From an uncultured virus (IMG/VR IMGVR_UViG_3300043423_000026) (lineage: Duplodnaviria > Heunggongvirae > Uroviricota > Caudoviricetes > Crassvirales), in IMG/VR virus record IMGVR_UViG_3300043423_000026: a stretch of DNA of 64,000 nucleotides; one strand, given 5' to 3'. Positions 1 through 8,122 of the stretch are shown here, one piece after another. The notes below the pieces were generated by a model. The model was not told the DNA's origin. It saw only the letters and a program-made list of their open reading frames with translations, and searched no databases. Numbering within the stretch: position 1 is the stretch's first letter; every line of letters starts with the position of its first letter. Position numbers and translations under genes: made by a program.

Positions 1-765
1 TATTGTAAAACCAGAACCATAATCAGGTATATTAAGTACATTACCTATAAAAGTAGCATTACCACTTGTTCCAGTTGTTGTTAAAGTGATACTACCCTGC
101 TTATTATTAAAAGTATTCCAATCTGTAGCACTAAGATACCCATCAGTAATCGTACTTGATTGATTTACTGTTACTACATTATCTGTATCAACTAATGGCG
201 AAATAAAATCGTATACACCTACTGGATCAATATTAGGATTTACAAATCCCGGATACACCGCAAAGGTATAAAACTTATCCTCTAGTATACTTCCATTAGC
301 ATTAACTGATTGTATTACTGCATCTACAAAATTAGGGCTATCTACAACAGTGGTTATACTTATAACTTTGTATATACCAAAATTGTTTAGATTGTCGCAT
401 TGTGCAATTATAGCAGCTTGATCTACTAATGTTGTTAAATAGTTAGCTACACTGTTTCCAGATGTTGCAAATTTACTTATTCTTAAAGTTGTTATACTTC
501 CAAATGAAGTACCTGTTCCTCCGCCACTTACAAATGTTATTGACCCCTGCTTTCTACCTGGAGCAATATTATTTTGGAAGAAGAAATTATTCTGGCCAGC
601 AATAGCAATAGCGCTTATTTCATTATAAAATTCAGCTATCTTGCCAACCTCGAAGTTCTTAGTTACATTTTTTTTCTTTCCGTTGACTATTTTAGTCGAC
701 GAACCTATGATAATATCTGTAGCTAGTATGTTTGCGTTATTTGGATAGCTGTATATTACTGACAT
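1..765 (-). CDS. Tail fibre-like protein, 5' part (runs off the left edge; not in ORF track)
   Basis: Translated by hand from ATG at 765: MSVIYSYPNNANILATDIIIGS..VTKNFEVGKIAEF...GYLSATDWNTFNNKQGSITLTTTGTSGNATFIGNVLNIPDY. Both the TKNF N-terminal motif and the TDW.TFN.KQ..ITLTTTGTSG motif recur in the 1234-aa fibre at 48905-52609. Confidence 0.75.
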   Translation of the reverse strand, partial: MSVIYSYPNNANILATDIIIGSSTKIVNGKKKNVTKNFEVGKIAEFYNEISAIAIAGQNNFFFQNNIAPGRKQGSITFVSGGGTGTSFGSITTLRISKFATSGNSVANYLTTLVDQAAIIAQCDNLNNFGIYKVISITTVVDSPNFVDAVIQSVNANGSILEDKFYTFAVYPGFVNPNIDPVGVYDFISPLVDTDNVVTVNQSSTITDGYLSATDWNTFNNKQGSITLTTTGTSGNATFIGNVLNIPDYGSGFTI

Positions 766-783
766 GTTTCTTTATATATTGTA

Positions 784-1014
784 TTATCCTATTTCTACTA
801 TGCTTGTTACTAAACCGTTTACAACCGTAATGCCCTTTAAATCTCTCGATTCAAAATACCCACTGGCTCCGTTTAATATTGTTTGGCCAGTTAATTGTAT
901 TACTTGGTCTATTGTAAAGTTCTTAGTTAAATTACCATCCTCGCTAAGTTTTGTACCTAACAAAAGATCGTCTGTAGCTGGTGTTGCTACTGGATATGTT
1001 ACTATTCCTGACAT
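784..1014 (-). CDS. Small virion/tail-associated protein, homologue of 52625-52858
   Basis: MSGIVTYP..DDLLLGT..NLTKNFTIDQV vs MAKISTYP..TDFLLGT..NTKNFEIADV. Confidence 0.6.
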   Translation of the reverse strand: MSGIVTYPVATPATDDLLLGTKLSEDGNLTKNFTIDQVIQLTGQTILNGASGYFESRDLKGITVVNGLVTSIVEIG

Positions 1015-1015
1015 A

Positions 1016-1237
1016 TTATTTTTTATTTGTTTGTTTCTTTATCTTTTCACCTTGCTTAAGCATTGCTTTTGTCGGTTTTTTACCGCTACCGGCGTTAGCC
1101 CTAACATTATCCCATAGCCCTCTCTCGGAAGTGCTACCGTCTTTTCGCTTAATCATTTCTTTCTTCGGCAGTGTTTGCCCAGATTTATTACTCATAACTC
1201 CAGATTTCTTCGCTGTAGGTTCAACCTTCTTTTTCAT
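1016..1237 (-). CDS. Small basic protein, homologue of 55923-56141 (start trimmed to MKKKVEP)
   Basis: MIKRKDGSTSERGLWDNVRANAGSGKKPTKAM vs LIKRKDGSVSQRGLWDNIRDAKGSGKKPTKKM. Confidence 0.65.
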   Translation of the reverse strand: MKKKVEPTAKKSGVMSNKSGQTLPKKEMIKRKDGSTSERGLWDNVRANAGSGKKPTKAMLKQGEKIKKQTNKK

Positions 1238-1238
1238 A

Positions 1239-1484
1239 CTATTTAGTCTTATAATGTTTACCACTTTCTTTTTTAGTTCCGATGCCATCATTACCTCTAT
1301 TCTGAGCAGGCGATTCCCACCGTTGATTCTTATGGTCCCAATCTTTACCTTTAGCTCCTTTAGGATCATCTCTTCTCTTTCTCTGTGCATCAGCTTTCTT
1401 AGCTCTCCTATCAGGTGTTTTTGCAAAAGCAAGATCTCTAGCTGCTTTCCTTTTTGCCGCTTCCGGGCTCAATTTCTGTGCCAT
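1239..1484 (-). CDS. Small basic degenerate HNH-like protein (start trimmed to MAQKLSP)
   Basis: GKDWDH...NRGNDG resembles 16232-16510 (GLDMSH...NRGRNG). Confidence 0.5.
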   Translation of the reverse strand: MAQKLSPEAAKRKAARDLAFAKTPDRRAKKADAQRKRRDDPKGAKGKDWDHKNQRWESPAQNRGNDGIGTKKESGKHYKTK

Positions 1485-2175
1485 ATAAATACATTTATTA
1501 TACCTTTTATACTCACGCATATCCATAGGATTTTACATTGTTTAATAATGTGACATTAGCCCACTACTTATATTATAACTAGCTATCGTCGCACTCCAAA
1601 GCTACGCATAAAGTATATACCCGAAGGGTTTTTTTTGAAAAATTGAAAAGCTGAAAGCAAAAATTTGTTAATTATTTCATAGTTGCATTGTAATAATAAG
1701 GTAAATGTAAATTTGTTATTAGATATATAGATATAAGGGGTTATATACTAGTTTTAAACTTACTTTTCTAAAAGGAAAACACATTTGATTTCACCCAGCC
1801 CCCTGCCTTTTAAACTAATTGTTGAAAAAGTTTTGCCTTTTGGTTTGATTTTGCGTGAATATCTAGGCTTTTGCTCGGGAATCAGCTACAGTGTTACGTT
1901 GGTTGCTTGTTACGGGTCACATACGTTGTGTGTGTTGCATCGATTGTGTACAACACTGGTGTAACGTAGCCTAACCAAATACGTTGCGATACAGCGATCA
2001 TACACGGAGCGAAGCGGAGTGTATAGCATACAGTAAGGACACGAGGTGATCTTGATAATATAAGTGTAAGTAAAATAAATTATATCACTTACAAATTTAA
2101 TTTAATAATATACCCTTTACAGTATTAATACGGGGTGGTTATGATAATATAAGTGTAATTAAAACAACAATTATT

Positions 2176-2400
2176 ATGGAATCAAATGTAAGAATAACAA
2201 AGTTAGTAAGAGTTAAAGAATTGTGTCGTGAGGATTACTTGGATCTTGTTGAAGAGACGAGGTTACAATTGGGGTATGATCATACGGAATTATGTATTCA
2301 AAATAATGTTCCTATAGATGCAATGTGTAATTTCTCACACACAAGACAAGGTGAGGATTATTGGGAACATAGAGCATTTGGTAAAGAGTTTAAATTATAA
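2176..2400 (+). CDS. Hypothetical early protein
   Basis: ORF directly downstream of motif copy 2, with an A-rich leader. Confidence 0.6.
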   Translation: MESNVRITKLVRVKELCREDYLDLVEETRLQLGYDHTELCIQNNVPIDAMCNFSHTRQGEDYWEHRAFGKEFKL

Positions 2401-2464
2401 CCCTTTACAGAATGAATACGACGAGTAATTGATAATAATAATGTAACTAATAAATAATAATATT

Positions 2465-2824
2465 ATGGCAACTAAAAAACAAACATCAGAAGAAGTAGTT
2501 AAAACTAGCAAAGAATTATTAAGTGAAGCTATCGCTAAATTAACTCCGGAGGAATTAGCATTGATCTACCCTCCAATCGAACGAGCTAACTTTGTAGTAC
2601 GTAAATCATGGATGGGTCGTAATCAAGTGATCACATTTGTCAACAACAAAAATCAAAAAGTAACGTACAATCACGACGACGTGTTGAATGTAATGCTTCC
2701 TAAACTATCAATCATGCCTTGCTGGATCAAACGTGAATACTGGTCACAATCAACCGATATGCCGGCTAATGTTAGACATTTAGCAACTATCGAAAACCTT
2801 GAAGTAGCTGATGGGGTGAAATAA
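2465..2824 (+). CDS. Hypothetical early protein
   Basis: ORF downstream of motif copy 3; codon usage looks biased like a highly expressed gene. Confidence 0.7.
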   Translation: MATKKQTSEEVVKTSKELLSEAIAKLTPEELALIYPPIERANFVVRKSWMGRNQVITFVNNKNQKVTYNHDDVLNVMLPKLSIMPCWIKREYWSQSTDMPANVRHLATIENLEVADGVK

Positions 2825-2898
2825 CCCCTGAAGCTATACATACAGAGAGAATACGACGACCTAATGATAATAATAATGTAACTAAAAACAAATAAGAT

Positions 2899-3039
2899 AT
2901 GCCAACAAAAAGATATGAAATTTATATTAAAGGAATACTATCCTTTGTAAAGTTTAATCGACAAGAGTTTGAAAGAGTTTGTTCAGATATGAATAAGCTA
3001 AATGTAAAATATACAACTGAAATTATTGATTTAATTTAA
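2899..3039 (+). CDS. Hypothetical 46-aa protein (not in ORF track)
   Basis: MPTKRYEIYIKG...TTEIIDLI*, downstream of motif copy 4. Confidence 0.5.
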   Translation: MPTKRYEIYIKGILSFVKFNRQEFERVCSDMNKLNVKYTTEIIDLI

Positions 3040-3052
3040 AAACAAATAAAAT

Positions 3053-3244
3053 ATGAAAAGTAAAACTAAAACAGATATATGTAACAAATTTTGTAAAGGT
3101 TGTGAAGAATATACAGATAAGTTAGATAATTGGGGTACAGATGGTATTGATTTATGTGAGGAATGCAATGAAAATTATGAAAATACAACAGGTTATTGCT
3201 CTATACAATGTTCTTTAGGATGGGGATGCGATGGTAGTTGTTAG
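3053..3244 (+). CDS. Small Cys-rich (putative Zn-binding) protein
   Basis: CxxC pairs and C-terminal CSIQC...CDGSC. Confidence 0.55.
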   Translation: MKSKTKTDICNKFCKGCEEYTDKLDNWGTDGIDLCEECNENYENTTGYCSIQCSLGWGCDGSC

Positions 3245-3278
3245 TATTATAATTAAAAACTTTAAAAACAAATAAGAT

Positions 3279-3482
3279 ATGAAACAATGCGAATGTTGTA
3301 AAAGAGAAAAAGAGTTAAGATTTGGATTTTGTTTTGATTGTGCAGATGCAGAATCAATTATAGAAGAAGGGGTTGATATGTATGATAAAGAAATTCCTAA
3401 ACAAGAAGGAATGAGTACGTCAATGAGTAAACTTCAACACATACTTAAATTATATGGTTTAATACAATTTAAAAACAAATAA
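3279..3482 (+). CDS. Small Zn-finger-like protein
   Basis: CECC...FCFDC; ends FKNK, overlapping the AAAAACAAATAAGAT junction motif. Confidence 0.55.
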   Translation: MKQCECCKREKELRFGFCFDCADAESIIEEGVDMYDKEIPKQEGMSTSMSKLQHILKLYGLIQFKNK

Positions 3483-3483
3483 G

Positions 3484-3678
3484 ATGAAACAAACAGCAGT
3501 AGAATGGTTATCAAAAGAGTTATTAAGAGAGCATCCTATACAAACAAATCACGATGTTATAAAACAAGCCAAAGAAATAGAAAAGCAACAGATTATTGAT
3601 GCTTATCAAGAAGCTATAACAAATGGTTTTTATGATGAAGATGCGGAACAATACTATAACGAAAAATTTAATAAATAA
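3484..3678 (+). CDS. MKQTAVEWL-type small phage protein
   Basis: MKQTAVEWL...QQIIDAY...AEQYYNEKF; tightly packed + strand cassette. Confidence 0.65.
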   Translation: MKQTAVEWLSKELLREHPIQTNHDVIKQAKEIEKQQIIDAYQEAITNGFYDEDAEQYYNEKFNK

Positions 3679-3679
3679 G

Positions 3680-3976
3680 ATGGAAAATACAATGAACCAG
3701 ACAGTAGGAGAACAATTTTTAGAATGGTATAATAGCTATGTAAAAGAACACGGATGCTCACCAAGTGACTTTGATGTTAATTTTTTCTGGACACATAATT
3801 TTCTCGAAAAAGAAAAGGAACAACAAGATATTTTTGCTATTGGTTTTGCAGAATTTTCAATAAATTATAACTATCATCCAACGCACAAAGTTTGGATTAG
3901 ATATGATAAAATGGCAAATGAAAAATTTTCTACAAAAGAACTATTAGAAATCTATAAAAAAGAAAAAGGATTATGA
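3680..3976 (+). CDS. Small phage protein ending KKEKGL (start trimmed to 3680)
   Basis: FAIGFAEF...LEIYKKEKGL; paralogous to 11763-11972. Confidence 0.6.
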   Translation: MENTMNQTVGEQFLEWYNSYVKEHGCSPSDFDVNFFWTHNFLEKEKEQQDIFAIGFAEFSINYNYHPTHKVWIRYDKMANEKFSTKELLEIYKKEKGL

Positions 3977-4206
3977 CGCCAAAAGAAAAAGCAAAAGAGT
4001 TAATTGATAAATATATAATTTTGGATATTAATCAATTTGAACATTGTTGGGTTTGCGTAAATGGGGCTAAAAATTGTGTATTAATATTAGTTGATGAAAT
4101 ATTAAATGCAATAAGCGAAATGTTTGAAACCTACGAAGAAAGAAAATATTGGGAAGAAGTTAAACAAGAAGTAAATTTATTTAAAACAGAAGATTATGAA
4201 ATATAG
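3973..4206 (+). CDS. MTPKEKA-family small protein
   Basis: MTPKEKAKEL...C.LI.VDEI...YW.EVKQE; paralogues at 12714 and 13144. Confidence 0.7.
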   Translation: MTPKEKAKELIDKYIILDINQFEHCWVCVNGAKNCVLILVDEILNAISEMFETYEERKYWEEVKQEVNLFKTEDYEI

Positions 4207-4471
4207 AATAGTTATAAAAACAGAAGCAAGCGGTAAAAAAAAGAAGGAAACACTTGAAGAATCTGCTGAATATTACGCACACAATTATTTTGAAATGCAC
4301 GATACAAATAATTACAAAGCATTAAAGCAAGGATTTGAAGCAGGTGCTAAATGGCAACAAGAACAAGACAAGAATAAGTATAGTGAGGAAGATATGAAAG
4401 AAATGTATTCGTACGGATATAATAATTTTTTACCATTAGAAGAAGCGTTTAAACAACTTAAAAACAAATAA
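4196..4471 (+). CDS. Small phage protein (ETLEE..GAKWQQEQ type)
   Basis: Overlapping ORF in the cassette array; ends LKNK at the junction motif. Confidence 0.6.
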   Translation: MKYRIVIKTEASGKKKKETLEESAEYYAHNYFEMHDTNNYKALKQGFEAGAKWQQEQDKNKYSEEDMKEMYSYGYNNFLPLEEAFKQLKNK

Positions 4472-4474
4472 GAT

Positions 4475-4738
4475 ATGAAAAAATTACTATTATCTACATT
4501 GGCCATCTTTATGGTGTCTTGTAGTCAGGATGATACATCCAACACGCCTACTGCTGATTGCAATTGCGATAGAGTTGTGCAAGTAAATACTTTTGGGGTT
4601 ATAGGTACGGTTGAGAGTCCAGGTATGCACTATTTCTCAACATACACAACCATCAATGATTGTACACAAATACAGAGAGAGAAAACATTCAATACAACCA
4701 ACCAATCATTGAGCCCTCAGTTAGGTCAATGCCGTTAA
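4475..4738 (+). CDS. Lipoprotein, possibly surface-exported
   Basis: Signal peptide MKKLLLSTLAIFMVS-C followed by SQDD; four further Cys. Confidence 0.7.
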   Translation: MKKLLLSTLAIFMVSCSQDDTSNTPTADCNCDRVVQVNTFGVIGTVESPGMHYFSTYTTINDCTQIQREKTFNTTNQSLSPQLGQCR

Positions 4739-4748
4739 ATAAAACAAT

Positions 4749-4949
4749 ATGAACAAATATATAATATCTTATTGGAAAGAAACCAATGATGAAAAAGACT
4801 GCTTCGAACGTGAGACTTTAGCAGAAAATATATACGATGCCTTAAACGAATTTAGAACTAAGAACCCATTCACTAAGGTTGATAGCATAAAGCTAGTCTC
4901 AGATGAGAAGTTTAATTTCTCCATTGATAACACAGAGGCTAATGATTAA
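4749..4949 (+). CDS. Hypothetical protein
   Basis: ORF in + strand array. Confidence 0.5.
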   Translation: MNKYIISYWKETNDEKDCFERETLAENIYDALNEFRTKNPFTKVDSIKLVSDEKFNFSIDNTEAND

Positions 4950-5025
4950 GAAGCAGATAGTCAACGCTTTAATGATTGTGATTTACTTTTTTGTTATAGC
5001 TTTAATACTATTCTTTACGCTTTAA
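4942..5025 (+). CDS. Small single-TM peptide (not in ORF track)
   Basis: MIKKQIVNALMIVIYFFVIALILFFTL*; overlaps the previous stop. Confidence 0.35.
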   Translation: MIKKQIVNALMIVIYFFVIALILFFTL

Positions 5026-5062
5026 TAATAAATTTAAAATATGCTTAAATTAGCCAAAAAAA

Positions 5063-5461
5063 ATGAAAGATTGGAAAGAAACCGATTTGTTTAATTGGCT
5101 AAAAGAAAACATATACCCTGATTTAGTTAAAGCTAATAATCCAATATCAAGATGGGACTGCTATAGTCCTAAGACGGGACACAGATTAGAATTGAAGTGC
5201 AGAAGGAAACACTATGGAGCACTACTGATTGAGAAAAAGAAATACGATGCAATGATACAAGAATGCAATAAGCATTTAGATACCCCGATGTATTTTAATT
5301 CAACACCCAATGGTATATATAGTTTCAATCTAAACATAGTAAACCCCAAGTGGGAAATCAATGATAAAAATCCGGCCACTACTTACTTCAGAAACAATCA
5401 GAAGATAGAGAAAGAGGTGGCCTATTTAGAAATCTCAGAATCAAATATTTATGAAAGATAA
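5063..5461 (+). CDS. PD-(D/E)XK-like nuclease
   Basis: WDC...LELKCR motif. Confidence 0.55.
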   Translation: MKDWKETDLFNWLKENIYPDLVKANNPISRWDCYSPKTGHRLELKCRRKHYGALLIEKKKYDAMIQECNKHLDTPMYFNSTPNGIYSFNLNIVNPKWEINDKNPATTYFRNNQKIEKEVAYLEISESNIYER

Positions 5462-5738
5462 AATTGTAGAACAAGTAACCGATAGCTTTAACGAACGTTC
5501 AAGGATTGGTATAGAGAAGTACGGAACTACCTTAGAGCGTGGAGACCTAAACTTATTGGATTGGCTTAACCACTTACAAGAAGAACTAATGGATGCAACA
5601 CTATACATTCAGAAGTTAAAGAATGAATTGGGTGACAATACAAATGGAATTGTAATAGCCAAGGAATCTTGGGACAAAGCAGATAAGATAACCCATAACG
5701 GATTTATCTATGTAAAATACACAGACCTAACGGAGTAA
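5451..5738 (+). CDS. MazG-fold nucleotide pyrophosphohydrolase-like protein
   Basis: GIEKYGTTL...HLQEELMDATLY (EExxD). Confidence 0.5.
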   Translation: MKDKIVEQVTDSFNERSRIGIEKYGTTLERGDLNLLDWLNHLQEELMDATLYIQKLKNELGDNTNGIVIAKESWDKADKITHNGFIYVKYTDLTE

Positions 5739-5740
5739 AT

Positions 5741-5836
5741 ATGAAAGAAAAACTAATAAGCTTATTGGCTTGGATAGTAGCAATATCTTCAGTAGTATTA
5801 TCAATATTATTAATAAAAAATTATGGAAACTATTAA
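5741..5836 (+). CDS. Small single-TM peptide (not in ORF track)
   Basis: MKEKLISLLAWIVAISSVVLSILLIKNYGNY*; similar to 13332-13424. Confidence 0.4.
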   Translation: MKEKLISLLAWIVAISSVVLSILLIKNYGNY

Positions 5837-6149
5837 AAAGCATTTAGCAAGAACTACAGACCCTGAGAGAATTAAGGAGTTAACCTATATTGTGAATAGG
5901 GGAACTATCACTCTTGAGCAGTGGCGTGATACCGGCAAATTTTTTGACGCAAGCCAATACAAAAAAGAACTAAGCAAAGACTGCGTTCAAGTAGTTGAGT
6001 ATGCGGGAGGCTCAATTATTGAGCTTATTAAAAAAGATAATGAAAGCTTTATATTTTCAATCAAAGGTACTGAGAGCCAAAACCTTGACAAGGTAGAGGA
6101 CGCATTATGGAAAGAAGTATGCGAGAAACTTTGGTGCGAAAATTGTTAG
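5823..6149 (+). CDS. Hypothetical protein
   Basis: ORF in + strand array. Confidence 0.6.
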   Translation: METIKKHLARTTDPERIKELTYIVNRGTITLEQWRDTGKFFDASQYKKELSKDCVQVVEYAGGSIIELIKKDNESFIFSIKGTESQNLDKVEDALWKEVCEKLWCENC

Positions 6150-6191
6150 AAAAAATGTAAAAAAAATGAACGATATATAATGTTTTATTAT

Positions 6192-6199
6192 TATCTTTG
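6192..6199 (+). promoter_or_regulatory. Bacteroidota-type -7 promoter box TATCTTTG
   Basis: Matches TAnnTTTG; 22 nt upstream of ATG 6222. Confidence 0.55.
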
Positions 6200-6221
6200 T
6201 TTTTTAATTAAATCAAATCAA

Positions 6222-6524
6222 ATGAAAGAAGATATATTTAACCAATATGTTGATAGGATTGTTGATATATTCAACATCACAAAGGAAGAATTGTTCTCTA
6301 AATCTAAGAAGAGACATATAGTTGATGCACGTCAAATGCTATATTACTTATGCCATAAAAGACCAATGAAGTATATTATTATTCAGAAATATATGATGGA
6401 TAATAAGTACGAAATTGCCCACAACTCAATCATCAATGGAATCAAAGTAGTTGAACAAAGAATAGAGGCAGACAGAGATTATCAGTTCATAATCAAGGAT
6501 ATAGAGAAAGCAGTATTTATATAA
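6222..6524 (+). CDS. DnaA C-terminal (domain IV)-like DNA-binding protein (start trimmed to 6222)
   Basis: FNITKEELFSKSKKRHIVDARQMLYYL...HNSIINGIKVVE resembles the DnaA domain IV signature. Confidence 0.7.
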   Translation: MKEDIFNQYVDRIVDIFNITKEELFSKSKKRHIVDARQMLYYLCHKRPMKYIIIQKYMMDNKYEIAHNSIINGIKVVEQRIEADRDYQFIIKDIEKAVFI

Positions 6525-6545
6525 TTTTAAATCAAATCAAATCAA

Positions 6546-7196
6546 ATGGAACAAAAAACAACTTACGAAAAATTGTCGGCTATTAATGTTAACGACAAAG
6601 CAGAGAAAAAGAATGGACTAACTTACTTGTCTTGGGCTTGGGCTTGGGCGGAAGTAAAGAAGGCTTGCCCTGACGCAAGCTATAAAATCGTGTATGACTT
6701 ATACCATAACAAGCCATACTTCTATGATGATAAGCTTGGATATATGGTAATGACTGAGGTAACTATCTCAGGAGAAACATTAGGAATGTGGTTACCTGTA
6801 ATGGATGGTGCAAATAAAGCTATGACAGCCACATCATACACTTACTCAACAAGATACGGAGAAAAAACAGTTGAAGCAGCTACTATGTTTGACATCAACA
6901 AAACATTAATGAGATGTTTAGTTAAGAACTTAGCTATGTTTGGTATGGGTATATATATCTATGCCGGAGAAGACTTACCTGAGACTGAGACTACCGTAAA
7001 ACAAGAAGCTCCTGCTCCTACTCCTGCTTCAGCTTTAGAGACTTTGAAAAAAGGAACTGATTCTTGGGAAAAGGTAGTTAATTATGTTACCACAAACAAA
7101 GCATTAGGTCTTGAGTCTATTGGTAAACAACTTAATAGAAAATACGTAATTACTCCTGCCCTTAAAAAAGAGATTGCCACTTTAATTAATTCATAA
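6546..7196 (+). CDS. Sak3/DUF1071-like ssDNA annealing protein
   Basis: KKNGLTYLSWAWAW...WLPVMDGANK...FDINKTLMRCLVKNLAMFGMGIYIYAGEDLP. Confidence 0.8.
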   Translation: MEQKTTYEKLSAINVNDKAEKKNGLTYLSWAWAWAEVKKACPDASYKIVYDLYHNKPYFYDDKLGYMVMTEVTISGETLGMWLPVMDGANKAMTATSYTYSTRYGEKTVEAATMFDINKTLMRCLVKNLAMFGMGIYIYAGEDLPETETTVKQEAPAPTPASALETLKKGTDSWEKVVNYVTTNKALGLESIGKQLNRKYVITPALKKEIATLINS

Positions 7197-7945
7197 TGGC
7201 AGAGGTCAATTTACAAGTAGTACTTGAGTTATTGAAAGATGACAGAGAGTATTACGGAGGTATTGGTAAAAATTACCTATCCAATTCAGATATTGGAACC
7301 TTATTAAACAACCCTAAATTTTTTGGAAAGCCAAGAGAGGACAATAAAGCATTTATGGATGGTAGATACTTCCATCAGTTGATACTTGAGCCTGAGAAAG
7401 CAAAGGACTTATTGTATGTTGATGCGAGTACACGTACTACAAAAGTATACAAGGACTTCTGTGAAGAGCACAACGTTCCGTTCTGTATGCTTGAGAAGGA
7501 GAAAAAAGACATTGAGTCTTTAGTATCTATTATCAACAAAAACATTGTATTCTTTGAGGAGTTGTATAAAAAAGGTAACCAATATGAGATACCGGCCATA
7601 GCAGAGATTCAAGGTATGATGTGGAAAGGAAAGGCTGATATTGTTACGGATGAAATGATTATAGACCTGAAGACCACATCTGATATTGATAAGTTCAAAT
7701 GGAATGCTAAGAAGTATAACTATGACTCTCAGTGTTACATTTATCAAATGTTATTTGGAAAACCTTTGGTGTTCTATACCATTGATAAAACATCAGGTAT
7801 ACTTGGTATATTCAGACCCACTGAAGCTTTTGTTAAATCGGGAGAAGAGAAAGTAGGTAGAGCTATTGAGGTGTATAACAAATACTTTGGTTCCAATCCA
7901 TCAGATGATATTGAGAACTATTACATAGACGAATTTCTATACTAA
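7196..7945 (+). CDS. RecE/DUF3799-like PD-(D/E)XK exonuclease
   Basis: LSNSDI...GRYFHQLILEP...KGKADIV...IIDLKTT...YNYDSQCYIY; adjacent to the annealase. Confidence 0.8.
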   Translation: MAEVNLQVVLELLKDDREYYGGIGKNYLSNSDIGTLLNNPKFFGKPREDNKAFMDGRYFHQLILEPEKAKDLLYVDASTRTTKVYKDFCEEHNVPFCMLEKEKKDIESLVSIINKNIVFFEELYKKGNQYEIPAIAEIQGMMWKGKADIVTDEMIIDLKTTSDIDKFKWNAKKYNYDSQCYIYQMLFGKPLVFYTIDKTSGILGIFRPTEAFVKSGEEKVGRAIEVYNKYFGSNPSDDIENYYIDEFLY

Positions 7946-7951
7946 AAAAGT

Positions 7952-8122
7952 ATGAAAAGTAAAGTATATGCCTATACAAAAAATGCTTCTGTAGCAAATA
8001 TAGGAGAAGAGTTTGATGATATAGAGAGAACTAAGAATGGTACATTATTTTATCTTAAAAGAAACTTAGTATTATACCTACCTAACGATATAATATTTTA
8101 TATTAAATATAAAGAGTTATGA
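7952..8122 (+). CDS. Hypothetical 56-aa protein (not in ORF track)
   Basis: MKSKVYAYTKN...YIKYKEL*. Confidence 0.4.
   Translation: MKSKVYAYTKNASVANIGEEFDDIERTKNGTLFYLKRNLVLYLPNDIIFYIKYKEL

Larger units (their letters stand above)
2029..2881 (+). promoter_or_regulatory. Four copies of a 41-bp motif TACAG-N5-AYACG-N9-TGATAATA-N4-TGTAA (2029-2069, 2118-2158, 2406-2446, 2841-2881); putative phage early promoters
   Basis: Identical spacing in all four copies; copies 2-4 end 17-18 nt upstream of the ATGs at 2176, 2465 and 2899. Confidence 0.7.

Noticed and set aside
764..1553. + strand ORFs 764-1117 and 981-1553
   Set aside because: Antisense shadows of - strand genes that have clear homologues elsewhere in the window.
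2029..2881. 41-bp repeats as a CRISPR array
   Set aside because: Gaps are 48, 247 and 394 nt, the two longer ones containing ORFs; repeats are internally variable; no cas genes.
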